Source: Protoeuglena noctilucae
Lineage: Eukaryota
DNA length: 64,000 nt
Assembly (NCBI GenBank): GCA_958009085.1
Contig: OY253681.1
Span: 868,001-932,000, forward strand
Direction: 5' to 3'
This document shows, one piece after another, positions 12,501 to 24,300 of the stretch. The translations under genes were made by a program, and so were the position numbers. Position 1 is the first letter of the stretch. Every line of letters begins with the position of its first letter. The notes under the pieces are model-generated. The model saw nothing but the letters and a program-made list of their open reading frames with translations. It was not told where the DNA came from and did not search any database.

Positions 12501-14348
12501 ACCCATCCCACCCACACCGCACCACCACTCACCCCCTCTTCCCTCCAACCCCACCCCAACCCCCACTCCTCACCCACCCCCACTCACCCACCCCACCCTA
12601 CTCGCCCCCCCTTCCATCCCCCCAGGCCCCCTTCGAGATCCTCGTCCGCGCCTCCATCCGCAAGCTCTTACCCCCCGCACTCCAGTGTTCCCACCTCGTG
12701 CACCAGGAGCTGCTGCGGGTGGCGGCCGCGTGCCAGAGCGACGCCCTGGAGCGCTTCCCGCTGCTACAGAAGGAGCTCGACGCAGCCGTGGCGGACCTCG
12801 TGTCTCAGGGCACGGGGCCGTGCGAGAAGATGATACGGGACCTCGTGGACTGCGAGCTGGCCCTCATCAACACCGCGCACCCCGCGTTTATCGGCGGCGC
12901 ACGCGCTGTCACCGCCGTCGTCGACCGCAGGCGCGGGGGTGGCGGCGTCACCGCCCACCGCGTCAGCGCGAGCGGCGGGGTGCTCACCCGCGCGTCCGTG
13001 ATGGCCGGGGTGGCCGCGGCCCACGCCGCCGCCCACGCCGGCCGCCGCGCCGACGACCTTACTAACCCCGCTAACCCCACCACCTCCGCCTCCTCCTCTC
13101 CCCGCGTCGTGCTGCACACCCCCGGCTCCAACCGCGCACACGCGTCCCCCCGAACCTCGGACGCCACCCCCATCGACGCCGCCACCCCCGCCCAACCCCG
13201 GGTGGGGTTCGCGAGTGTGCTCGACCCGCCCCCCACGCCCGGCAGCCTCCTGCGCCCCCCTCCGCCCGTGCTGGTGGTCGACGACGGCCCCTCTGAGCAG
13301 GACGGGATCGAGGTGGAGGTCACGAGGATGCTGGTGGATTCGTATTTCAGGATCGTTAGGTCTACACTGCAAGACATGGTGCCCAAGGTCGTCATGCAGT
13401 TCCTGGTGGGGAACATCACGCGGGAACTGCACCAGCACCTCGTGCAGACGCTGTACAGGTGAGATGGGGGAGGGGAGGGGGGTTGGGGTTGAGATGGGGA
13501 TGGGGTGTGCAGTGCGGCGATGGTCGCAGCTGCCGTCGTAGCCGAGACATTGCTCATCATTCATATTGATAGCCCATAGCAAACCTTTCGCTCCTGACCC
13601 ACGCCAATCACCCATGTAAACCCCATCGTCCATCTCTCACCTCTGCTCTCATCTCTTTCACATTCCATCTCTCACCTCTGTTCTTTCACCTCCCCCTCAC
13701 CTCTCCCTCACCTCTATTCCCTCACTTCTCCTCACCTCCCCCTCGCATCGCAGAGAGGAGCGACTGGAGGCGCTGCTCTCCGAGTCCCCCGACGTCTTAC
13801 GCCGTCGCCAGAAGTGTCACGAGGCCGTCAGCGCCCTGACTCAGGCACTGGCCGCGCTCGAGGGCATACCCAGGGACCTGCAGAAGCGGCTGTCCGTGTC
13901 GAGGAGCATGGCCATCGCAGCTGGGGCCATGCCGGCGGGCACGATACCGGCCGGGGTGTCGCAACACGCGCACACGTACCCGCACCCGCAAATGCACCCG
14001 CATGCGCATGCGTACCCGCAACCGCATGCAGCCGGGGCGGCGCACCCCCACGCGGCCCAGCAGGGGGTGACGCGGGCGATTGCCAGGCAGCCGTCGCCGC
14101 CGGGCGGGCGGAGGCGCAACGCGGCGCGTGGGGCAGGCGACGGGGCTGAGGAGGTGGCAGAGGTGGTGGTGGCGGGGGGATCGCCGCTGCGGAGGGGCCA
14201 GGAGGGCGCGGACGCTGGGGCGGTGGCGGGGGGCGCGTTCCGTGGTTTGGAGAACGTGGGCAGGGCGTTGCGTCAGGCGGGGAGGGGCGGGGCCAAGGGC
14301 GAGCGCATGGAGGACGCTGCGGGCGTCCCCGGGGCTCTGAGGAACTGA
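9590..14348 (+). CDS. DRP3: dynamin-related protein of the DRP3/Dnm1/DRP1 (mitochondrial/peroxisomal fission) type, 8 exons
   Basis: [84 protein letters not shown], and GED segment [26 protein letters not shown]. Confidence 0.93.
12322..12505. repeat. long imperfect inverted repeat (fold-back) in DRP3 intron
   Basis: 12331-12345 pairs perfectly with 12485-12499; 12364-12387 pairs with 12449-12472 (22/24); 12391-12399 pairs with 12437-12445. Confidence 0.85.
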
Positions 14349-14578
14349 GAATGGGTGCGATTAATCATGGGCTTAAGAGTCTCCTCGTTATCCCAAGCGG
14401 TGCGTCGGCCGCTGCGTTTGAACCGAGTCCCAAGCAGACGACGTCGCGAGGTTTAAACAATGACGAAAGAGCTTGCTCATGAAGTAGCTAGCAGTGCTTT
14501 TATCACCCACCCCATGAAAGAGAGTATCAGAGAGTACCACAGTGCACAGTGCTTTCACCACACACCCAAAGCAAAGCA

Positions 14579-16965
14579 TCATGGCGCCTCCAGCCCCGGC
14601 ACGATCCCCCTTGCCACCCCATAGGTGCGGTCCACCACCTCCCTCCCCCGCATGCTGAGGCGAGCGGAGAGGACCCGGTTGCCGGCCCTGGCGAAGAACA
14701 CACGGCCGCCCTGGCCACGGTGGGAAGGGAGGTTGGGGTCCGCCACGCGGGGAGCGGCGCCTGGGAGGGGCGATGAGGGAAGGGGACGGGTGAGGAGGGT
14801 GTGGGGATGTGAATGATTGTGATGGGTAGCAGGCGTGGGGGGTTTGAACGGAGGCGAACGAAGGTGACAGGTGCGCAAGGCATTGGAATGAAAACAGCGA
14901 TGGATGCGACCACCCAAACCACCCCCCACCCAAACCACCCCTCACCATCCATGCAGCATGTCCGCTCGGCATCCACCCTTTCCCACATGCACCCACCCCT
15001 CACCATCCATGCAGCACGGGCGCTCCGCATCCGCCATGCCCCACGCGTCGTCCCGCACCGCCCGCACCGCCGCCTCCTCGCCCCGCACCTCCTCCTCCCT
15101 CCACTCCCGGTACTTCAAATACACCTGCTCCGGGCTCATCGTTCCCTTCCGCAGCAGCCGCCGCGCCCGCACCAGCGCCGCGTTCGTCACCCACCGCTCC
15201 TCCGCGCCACGCGAGGGGCGGATGCCGCGAGAGTAGAAGCGGCAGTCGGCGCGGTGGAGCTCCCAGTCCAGCTGCGGGGGTGGGAAGGTGAGAGAAAGTT
15301 AAGGTGAGGTGAGGGGGTCAAGGTGAAGGTGAGAGGGGGTCAAAGGGAGAGGGGCCAGCAAGGTGACCCTTCCGTGCCCACTGCCAAAGTGCCACACCGC
15401 CCCATGCAGTCCCTGCACCTCTCTGACTCACCAGCGAACACGCCTCCGAGCAGTAAAAGGTCCGGTGGCACTTGTCGCAGGGCCGCAGCCGCGCCCCGTC
15501 CCCCCGCCAGAAACTTCGGCGGCCGCACCCCGCACACTGCGCCACCGCCATGCACCGAGGCACCCCGTTGGCCGGGGGCGCCGCCGCCCGCGCCGCGCGA
15601 CGGTCCGCTGGCTCCGGAGACGACATTAGCAGCAAATCGGACGCCGCGCTCGTCTCCAGCGCCGCCTCCCTCACGCCCTCGTGTGGGCCGCACTCTTCAG
15701 GTTCAGGGTTCGATCCCCGGCACTCCCCCTTTTCCCCACAGCCCCCCTGCTTCCCGCACCCGCACCCCTGTCCCCCCCGCTTCCCTCCTCCCCCGTACAG
15801 CTGCACCCTCCTGCCCCACACACCCGCAGTGTCGAGTGCCGCCCCACCCACGCGCTCGGCGAACCCCACATGACCGCAGCGGCCCGAGTAAGGCCGCAGG
15901 ATCTTGTCCCGCATGCGCTGGTTCTGCGTTGGCAGTAACTGCATTTGTTTAGATATGTACATGGGTACATGGCGTGGCAGTGTAGCGTGAGTGCGGTCAG
16001 GATGCAGATCGGCAGTCGGTGCCACGACGACTCGCAGGTGACAGCGGCCATAAGTCATGGGCCATGCCGTGACATGGAACGTCACCTCAGGTGCGCGCAT
16101 CCGCTCCTCCCTCCTCCGCTGCTCCGCCACGCGATGCCGTGCCGACTCAGGTCGCGCCTTGGCTGGCACGGGCGGCCAGTCCGGGTCGCGCAAGACCTTG
16201 AGTTCGCCCATGCGCCGCGCACCCGCGCCCTCGGGCTTGCCCTCGCGGAGGCTGCGGTGGCCCCCTGCGCGGGGAAGCGAGGCTTGTGCGGCCATGTCGC
16301 GATGTCGCATTTGGGAGCGCAGCCAGCGGCGGAGCGCGGGGCAGATCCTCACGCGGCGCGTGGAAGGTCGCAGGAGGCTCCTTGGCGATCGAAGCGAGCC
16401 GCTCGGCGATGCGGCGGTTGTCGCGGTTGACGTCGGCAGCAAAGCGCCGCTGGTTGATGGAGTTCGTCGAGCGGAACCAGGTGGGGGCGCTTCTGGGCCT
16501 CTCTGCAGGTGCCAGAGTTAGCGTTTTATAACTCGCGGGAGCTGGCATAGGACAAGGCGGGGATCGCTGGCCGGCAGCGGCGCGGCAAGGGCGCAGTGTC
16601 GCCTAGCTGTGCCTCGACAGCGCCGCGCAGGGTCACGGTGGGGCCGCAGTGATCAAGCGAGTAACGAATTGAGGTTTAGAACATGTCAGCGACGTCATTG
16701 CCGCAGGAATCCGAGGCTTGCCTGGCCTGGCTTTGGCGTTCGGGGCCGAGCCTGAAGTGGACGCGACCGCGGGGTACTGGACCTCCTCAAAGTAACGGCC
16801 CAGACCATCAGGCAGTTTGACGGACCTTCGAGGAGTTTCGGCAGGCCTTGGCCTCTCCTCGGGCGGCAGCACGGGCACGGCTGCATCCGGTGCAAGCGGG
16901 GCTGCCCGAGGGGGCGAGCCCGGCCCCTTCGCGGGCTTGGAAACCTTCCCCCGCACTACCTCCAT
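14579..16965 (-). CDS. MYND zinc-finger protein with an N-terminal CFAP97/KIAA1430-like helix
   Basis: MYND: CAGC...CDKC..FYCSEACSL|LDWELHRADC across an intron. N-terminal part contains NSINQRRFAADVNRDNRRIAERLASIAKEP. Stop TGA 14579-14581. Start uncertain (in-frame ATGs at 16965, 17106, 17136). Confidence 0.7.
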
Positions 16966-17204
16966 CCCGTGTTGAAGTACAGAGGCGGTGGAAGAGACTA
17001 CCGGGCAGATGACGAGCGAAAACAGGTACGCCCACATGCGCGTCAGAAAAGGCTGGCTCGGGTTCCAAATCCGGCTCGCTTGGTTTGTCGCCGGTTCATA
17101 TGGCATGTGCGCGCTTTCAAGCGGTCTGTCACGCATCCCGGGATGCCAGGGGTCCTTCGATGGCGTAGGATGGCATAGGGGCCGGAGTGGGTGGCTCGTC
17201 AAAA

Positions 17205-20200
17205 ATGCAGCCCTCCCGGGAGGTCGTACGAGCCTCGCCGCCAGCGGGACCCGTCGACAAGGGTGTCATTGAGCGCCGGGAATCGCACCGCGCCGCCTCG
17301 CCCTTCAGCGACGGCAGGAGACCGGATGCGAAACTCGCTCCGCTTCCGCCGCCGCGGAGACGGGAATCTGCCAGCCACGGTCCCCAGCGCGTCACCTCCG
17401 CGAGTCGTCAGCAACGCACGCCTGTCGCGGAGGATGGGCCGCCCGGCGAGCAGCCGCCAGGCGACCCCAATAAGGATGCTTCCGCCAGGTGTCGCCCCAA
17501 GGGCGCCGCTGCCGCGGATGGGGACGCCGATGCATGCGTCGACGCTGACCCGGCGAAGTTCGGCGTCCCGGAGCGCCCGGGCCGCCTGCGGGAGGTGTTT
17601 GACGTGGGCGAGGAGCTCGGGCGTGGCGGATACGCGACGGTGTTCGCGGCCCGGCGGCGCGCGGACGGGGAGCGATTCGCTGTTAAGCGCGTCGACTTCT
17701 TCCAGCTGCCCCCGCGGTGAAGCGCGCTCTGGATTCGCGCATCCGCACCAATCGGTTTTACTTTCGCCAAGCTGCGTGTTGTTGTGCAAACACGAGTCGT
17801 TCCGCGCTCTGCGCAGGAAGCGCCTCCGGTGTCTGCGCGAGGTGCAGCTGATGAAGCCCCTCCGGCACCCGCACGTCATCCAGATGGTCGAGGTGAGCAG
17901 CTAAGGGGGCCCGTCAAGCCATCCGAAGTTGCTGCGATGTTTTGAGGCCATTCAACCATCACGAATCCTCTTCCTCTCTTCTCCCAGGCCTTCGTAGACG
18001 GCGGTTTCCTCATCCTGGTCCTCGAGTGGGCGCCGGGGGGCGACCTGAAGTCCCACGTTCGCAGGCGTGCCAAGGCGGGGCGGCTGATGGACGAAGTCGC
18101 TGTCTGGGCCAACTTCCTGCAGGTGAGAGAGACGCAGACACGGCTGCAGCAGCAGCAAAGTGAGTACGTATGAGTATCTGTGAGTATATATGAGTATCTA
18201 AAGATGCTTGTCGGCGAAAGCGAGAGCTCTCCAACATCACGCAGGTGGCGGAGGGCGTGCGCTACCTCCACTCCCGCCGGGTGGTGCACCGGGACGTGAA
18301 GCCAGCCAATGTGCTGGTGGGGGCTGGAGGGGAGCTCAAAGTCGCGGACCTGGGGCTGGGCGTGGAGCTGGAGGGAAGCGGGGGAGAGGCGTACTCCAAA
18401 GTGAGACGGAGGGAGCGGGGGTGGGCTTGTGGGGGGTGGCTGGGTGTTTGAGGGGGAGGGGTTGGAACATGGATGTGTCAGGACCTCATTACTCTCATCC
18501 ACTCTCCGTCCCTCTCACCCCACACCTCTCACCCCTCGCCCCCTCTGCTTAGCACCCCACCCCTCAGCCCAACCCAATGTTCACCTCTCCCCGTTCCCTC
18601 TTGCTTGTCCAGGTGGGCACCCCCTACTACGTCTCCCCAGAGGTGCTGCGAGGCACGGGGCACTCGTATGCCTCAGATGTGTGGTCGCTGGGGTGTTTAT
18701 TATACGAACTGGCGGCACTGAGGGGTCCCTTTGAACGAAAAGGGTCGTCACTGCCGGAGGTCTTCAAGCGGGTCACGGCTGGGGAATACCCACAGCTGCC
18801 AGAGGGGCGTTTCACGGCGGCGCTCGAGGGGGTGGTGGCCGACGCGCTCACGGTGAGCGAGGCCGCTGGGTGTCACTGCTGCTGCATGCGAGGGTCAGCG
18901 TATCAGTGTGACATGGAGTCGCTTTGTTATAACTCTTATACTACGGTTCTGTCATATCAGATGACTATCAGTCAACCTGTACATGCTAACACATATCATC
19001 TCGCTCCTTTCCACCCCCGTCTCGCCCCCAGGTGGACCCATCGCAGCGAGTGACGCTCGATGCCCTCACCGCCAGGGCCCAGGCAGCGCTAGAGGGTCTG
19101 CTGAAAGCCGGGCACGACGCGATCGGAGCGGCGCAGAGGGGATGCGACGCGGCGAGGGTGGTGTGGCTGAGGATGCGGTCGGAGGGGCGAGGGGCGAGCG
19201 CGGGGCGGTCCCGCAGCGCATCGCCCCTCGCCGACAGCGCCCTCACCGTCGCATACGGCAGCGGCAGCGGCAGCGGCAGCGGTGGGGCCAAGTGCGGGTC
19301 GGGGGAGAGTCCCGGGGTAGAAGCGCAGCGATGGGCGGCAGCGGGGGCGGAGGTGCCTTTGCCGTGGTCGGCACTGACGGCGGGGGCGGTGGGTACACTG
19401 TCACCTTGGCTGATCGCAGCTCCCCCGGGCACCTCCCGCGGCGACTGGCCGGCCGCGAGGGAGCAGCTGGGGTGCCTGGCGGAGCTGGCGTGCGTTTTGG
19501 GTCTTGCGGCGGCAAGGGGTGGGGCGGGGTGGGCGAGGGCGGTGGGGGCAGCGGGGGCGGCGCGGGCAATGCTGGAGGCCGGGACGCCGAGGGCGGGGGG
19601 CTGCGCGGTGCCTTTGGTGAGTTGGTGCGTGTGAAGATGGGCGCGGAGATCGGGTGTGAGTTTATGGCTACCACCGCAACACCCCTGCCGCAACACTTAC
19701 ACCGCAACACTTATACCGCACCACCCCTGCCCTACCCCCCGTCACCCCGCAGGCACCGGAAGAGTCAGACACAGAAGCCCGTGTGTCCCTCGCCCATCAC
19801 TTGCGAGACTTGGCATCCGCTGCGGGGGTGGATGTGAGCCTCATAACCACCTGGGGCGTCGCTCAGGGGTGGGGACGGGAGGCGTGTGCGCTGCTGGGGG
19901 CCCTGGGAGGTGAGAAGTGTGTGTTGCAAGTGGCAAGTGCGTCTAGTAGCTACTTCGCATGGCACTTTAACAAACAAACGGGGCTGTCGCGACCGCACTT
20001 TGATGCACCCTCATCCCCCGCTGTCAATCCGCAGATGCTGCCATGTCTTCTTCCCACCAAGGAGCTCTCTTCAGACGCCCCATCAGCCGAGTGGCGTCTG
20101 GTCGTAACAACAACCACACCAGCCCCTGCCCCGCACCAACACCCGTGCCGGTGGGGTGGGCCCCAACACCCGATGAGCGATTGTCCGAAGACCGACGGCC

Positions 20201-20927
20201 ATTGTCGGAGATATGGGTCGACGATCGGCAGGAGAGGGAAGCCCTTGTTATCGAACAAAGCGAGGAGGGGGACGGGGTGGGTGCGGGTTTGCAAGCAGAT
20301 GGTTGCAATGTTGGTGTCGCAAGCAAGCAAGGTGGTCGAGGTGTACATGGGGATGGGGCGTGCGAGCGCATGAGCAGCACGGGGGGGCATCCCGAGCCAC
20401 CAGTCGGCCGCTCGTCTGATCCGCGAGGGATGGATGTCCAGGCTGACTGTGCGCCGTGGCCGGTGCAGTCAACACAGCTGCTGTCAGCAGCACTGGCGGA
20501 GCTGCGGGGGGCGGCGCTGGTCGTGGCGCCCGCGCTGCGGCGGCTGTCGCGCGGCGTGGCTAAGGATGTGGAGGGAGTGGCGTCTCGGGAGAGGCGGGTG
20601 GCGGAGGCGGTGGCGGGGCTTGTAAAAGAGTTGGGGCGTGAGAGGGCGAGGGAGGGTGCAGCGAGGGAGCGGCTGCGGGTGGCGGAGGAGGGGGTGGCGC
20701 GAGCCAAGGCAGGGCTGGCGGCGGTGGATGCGGAGCTGCGGGATATAAGCGAGCGCGTGGCAGCCGTGACTGCGACGGGGGCGGAGGGGACAGCGGAGCT
20801 GCGGGCAGCGGTGCGGAGGTTGGGGGCGGAGTTGCAGGGCATGCGGGTGCGGGAGGGGCTGCTGGTGGGGGAGATTGACAGGAGAGAGCGGGCACGGGCG
20901 GCGACGCTGCGATCGGACAGGCGTTGA
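17205..20927 (+). CDS. NIMA-related (NEK6/7-like) Ser/Thr kinase with a C-terminal IFT57-like region, 8 exons
   Basis: LGRGGYATV, AVKRV, CLREVQLMKPLRHPHVI, LVLEWAPGGDL, HRDVKPANV, KVADLGLG, YSK|VGTPYYVSPE, DVWSLGCLLYELAALRGPF, VDPSQR. The frame continues via exons 19032-19616, 19753-19909 and 20035-20927. Confidence 0.9.
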
Positions 20928-21011
20928 TGAGTTCAGACTTCGGACAGACAGCATACGGACCTGCGTTGTATGGGCTGAGGTGGTAGCGTGCAGTTACGGT
21001 GATTTTGGTAG

Positions 21012-21016
21012 TGTAA
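21012..21016 (+). promoter_or_regulatory. possible chlorophyte-type polyadenylation signal TGTAA
   Basis: TGTAA ~85 nt after the NEK stop. Similar motifs follow the Rab stop (33127-33131, +) and the CDC20 stop (33415-33419, -), but most other genes lack one. Confidence 0.3.
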
Positions 21017-21385
21017 CGTCATCAACTGTCTTCTTTCTCTTGCACGGACACTCTGGCTCCCCAGCGGTGCGGCCTTTTTTCTTGTTTATCACAATTGGAC
21101 TGCACATTGTGGTCGTTCATAGCCTGTGAGTGACTCTACTGGTGTCCCTTTCGTGTTCCATTGTCACACGACATTCAGCTGTCATTCACAGAGCTGACTC
21201 TTGACCTTCCGATCGTACTACCTCGTGACCTTGTGATGCTTGGAGATTTCAAAAGCTTCACAGAGCCGCAGCTGCGTCGGAAAGTCACAGGCATGCTTCG
21301 ATAGACAGCAAATCCACGCCATGGCTCGTGGGACTAGTAACGACGAAAAGGAAAGATGACACTTCTCTCCCGCACCCACCCAGCC

Positions 21386-24300
21386 TCAGAACTCCTCCTC
21401 ATCGCTCCCCACCACTGCCGTGCTCGCCACCCCCTCGCTCCCACTCTCGCACACCCTCCCTGCCCCCCGCGCCCCCTCCTCCTCCACTCGCATCCTCTTC
21501 GCCACCACCTCCACCTCCACGTCACCGTCATCCACCTCCTTGCCATTCTCTGCCGCCTCTGCCCTTTGCTTTCCACCCTTACGGCCACCCCCGCGCCCGC
21601 CTTTGCCTTTGCCCGCCTTGCGCCCGCGCCCGCGCCCACGCCCCCGGCCACGGCCCCGGCCAGACGCGCCATTCTGCACCGCACCGCCGCTCTCCGCCTC
21701 CCCACCACTCTGTGCCGCAGCGCCACTCTGCGCCGCACCACCGCTCTCCACTTCCCCGCGCGCCCTCTTCCGCGATGCCCCGCCACTCTTCGCCGCCCCG
21801 CCGCTCCTCGCGTCCCCTCTTGCCACCCCGCTCGGCTCCTCGCCCGCCCCTCCCACCCTCCCCAGCTTCTTCCAATCGTTGGTGCTGGTCAGTCGCGGTC
21901 CCTGCCCGGGCAAACGCACCAGTCGGAACTTGAACACCTGCGATGATGTAAATGGATCAGAGACTGTCTGGTAACACTATCTGAGCTTGTACACCTGAGA
22001 TGGAAGACAATGCGTGATAGTGGTGTTAGCAGATTGTGTTACTAACTGCAACGGACAGTAAGATCGACAGACTACCCCGCTCGCTCGCTCATTTGGCTGC
22101 CACCTCCGCTACCCTGCTACCCTGGCTGCTCTCATCGCATCACCCCATCAGCCACCACTCAAGCATCCAACGCATATCCCATGCCAGCTCACCTTGAAGC
22201 CCTTCTGCCCCGGAATGAACTTGTACCCAATCACGCGGTGCAGGCCGTCGTAGACGTAGTCGGTCTTGAGCTTCTTGGACTGCCCCACGTCCTGCAGCTG
22301 CTTCCGCCACACCCGGATCGGCACGCCCATGTGCATCGAGTTGATCATGCCGCGGTTGGCGGCTGCGGGGAAAGCGAAGCGCATGTTGTCAGTGCGCTTG
22401 ACGAGCGACGCTCCGCCCGTCATGTGTGGATGAGGCGGCCCTCCTGGCCAGGTCGACGTGTGAGAGCGACACGTGATGGCAGCGTGCGAGAGTGACATGC
22501 GATGGGAGACATGCGATCGACGTGCGACCATCATGCAACATATGCGATATGCGACATATGGAGCATGCGACATACGAAGCACCATGCAATATAAAGCAAC
22601 ACGCGATACAGCAACACGCCGCAGCGACGCACGGGTGGCAGTCTGGTCGGCCTTCTGATCCCTCTTGTGCAAGAGGTCGTTGCCGCCTGCGCCTGTATAT
22701 GACCACATGTACTGCCCCTCCTGCAGCTCCCCGTGACTCTCGACGTACGCCTCGTCCACCTCCTTCCACAGCGCGCAGTCCGCCGACGCTGTCGCCTGGT
22801 CAGCGTTGTCCTGCTTACGAGGCAAGGGACGGGCGAGGTGAGACGAGCGGGAGAGGTTTCTATGATGGGTGCGGTCAGGTGCGCATGAGAAGACGAATGG
22901 AGCGGCGGGCATGGTGATGGGCACAGGCAGGTCGGCCACCCTCTCCGCTTTGTGCAACCCCGCCCACGCAAGCACCCGGCCCGCCCTCGTCACCCTGTCC
23001 GCATCATCCCACCCACGCACCCACGCACGCACGCACCTGGTAGTTGCCGCCGTCGCAGATGCAGGCCGCGAATTCCGGGTGACCGAGGATCTTCGCTACA
23101 GTTCCCTGCCGCAGATCCGCGTCGGTGACACCCTCCCCACTGCCCTCGATGCGCCCCTCGCAGTGCAAGACGACAAAGATGCCATCCATGGGCTTCGCGT
23201 GGGCGCCCACCAGCCGCATCATCTGCCGGCTGGGCAGCTTGGCGCCCACGGGAAGGCCGGGGAGGTTGCCCACCAACGGTCGTCCGTCGGGGCCGCCCGT
23301 CTTGAGATCGACGTCGCGGTTGAGGAACGCGCGGTGCTCCATCAGGTAATTGGCGGTGTAGTCGTCGGGGCGGGGAGTCATGCGCTTTCCGTCCTTCATC
23401 CCGGCCTTTGCCCCCTTGGGGTGCGGGTGCTGGCCGTACACGCGCATGTTCTCCGCCCTGTCTTGCTGCGGCGGGCGAGAGGGCAGGGGTGCCATTGGCG
23501 TGGCATGCACACTGCACGACACATGTCAACAAGATGGCAATCGCAGTCATGACATGCAAACACTCGCAAACGCTCGCAAAGACCGCTCGTGTAGTAACTA
23601 AGCGAAGTTGCTCCGTCGCACGCCATGTTGCTCCCTCACCACCTCGCGCACGGCCGCGTAGAGGCTCTTGAGCTTCTCCACCTTCTCGCAAGCGGCCGCG
23701 TCCTCAGCAGGGTCCACCACCAAACACGCCTTGATCCCGAACTGCTCCATCGAGAAAGCCCTGTCACGGAAGTCGCCCTCCTCCACGCCTACCGTCTTCT
23801 CGCGTGACGGCAGCCCTGGGAAGCCGTCCCTCCGCCGCGCCGCCAGCGCCGCCATCACCACCGCCCTCTTCTCTCGCGCGCCGTACAGCGGGGTGGGGGG
23901 CGCCACCAGCTCCGCCGGCACCGGGGGCAAATCGACCGCCGCATTCGGATCGCCCTGCTCCTCTTCACGCTGCTCCGCCTCCGCCTCGACCTCCACCCTC
24001 CCTCGCCCATGCCCCCCGCGCTTTGCCCCGCCACTCCTACCCCCTCCCGCGCTCGCCCCTCCACTCCTGCCCCCTCCCGCGCTCGCCCCTCCACTCCTGC
24101 CCCCTCCCGCGCTCGCCCCGCGCCCCTGCCCGCCCCGCCCGCGGCCCCCGCGCTCCGCCGCACGCGCGGGCGCCGCCACCCGCCCCTCGCTGGCCTCCTC
24201 CTCCACACCGCCGCGCGCCCAACAGTCGTCTTCCCCGCTCGACGGCGCGTACTCCTCCGCATCGCTCCCCGACAGCCGCTCCCCAGACGCCTCCGAACTC

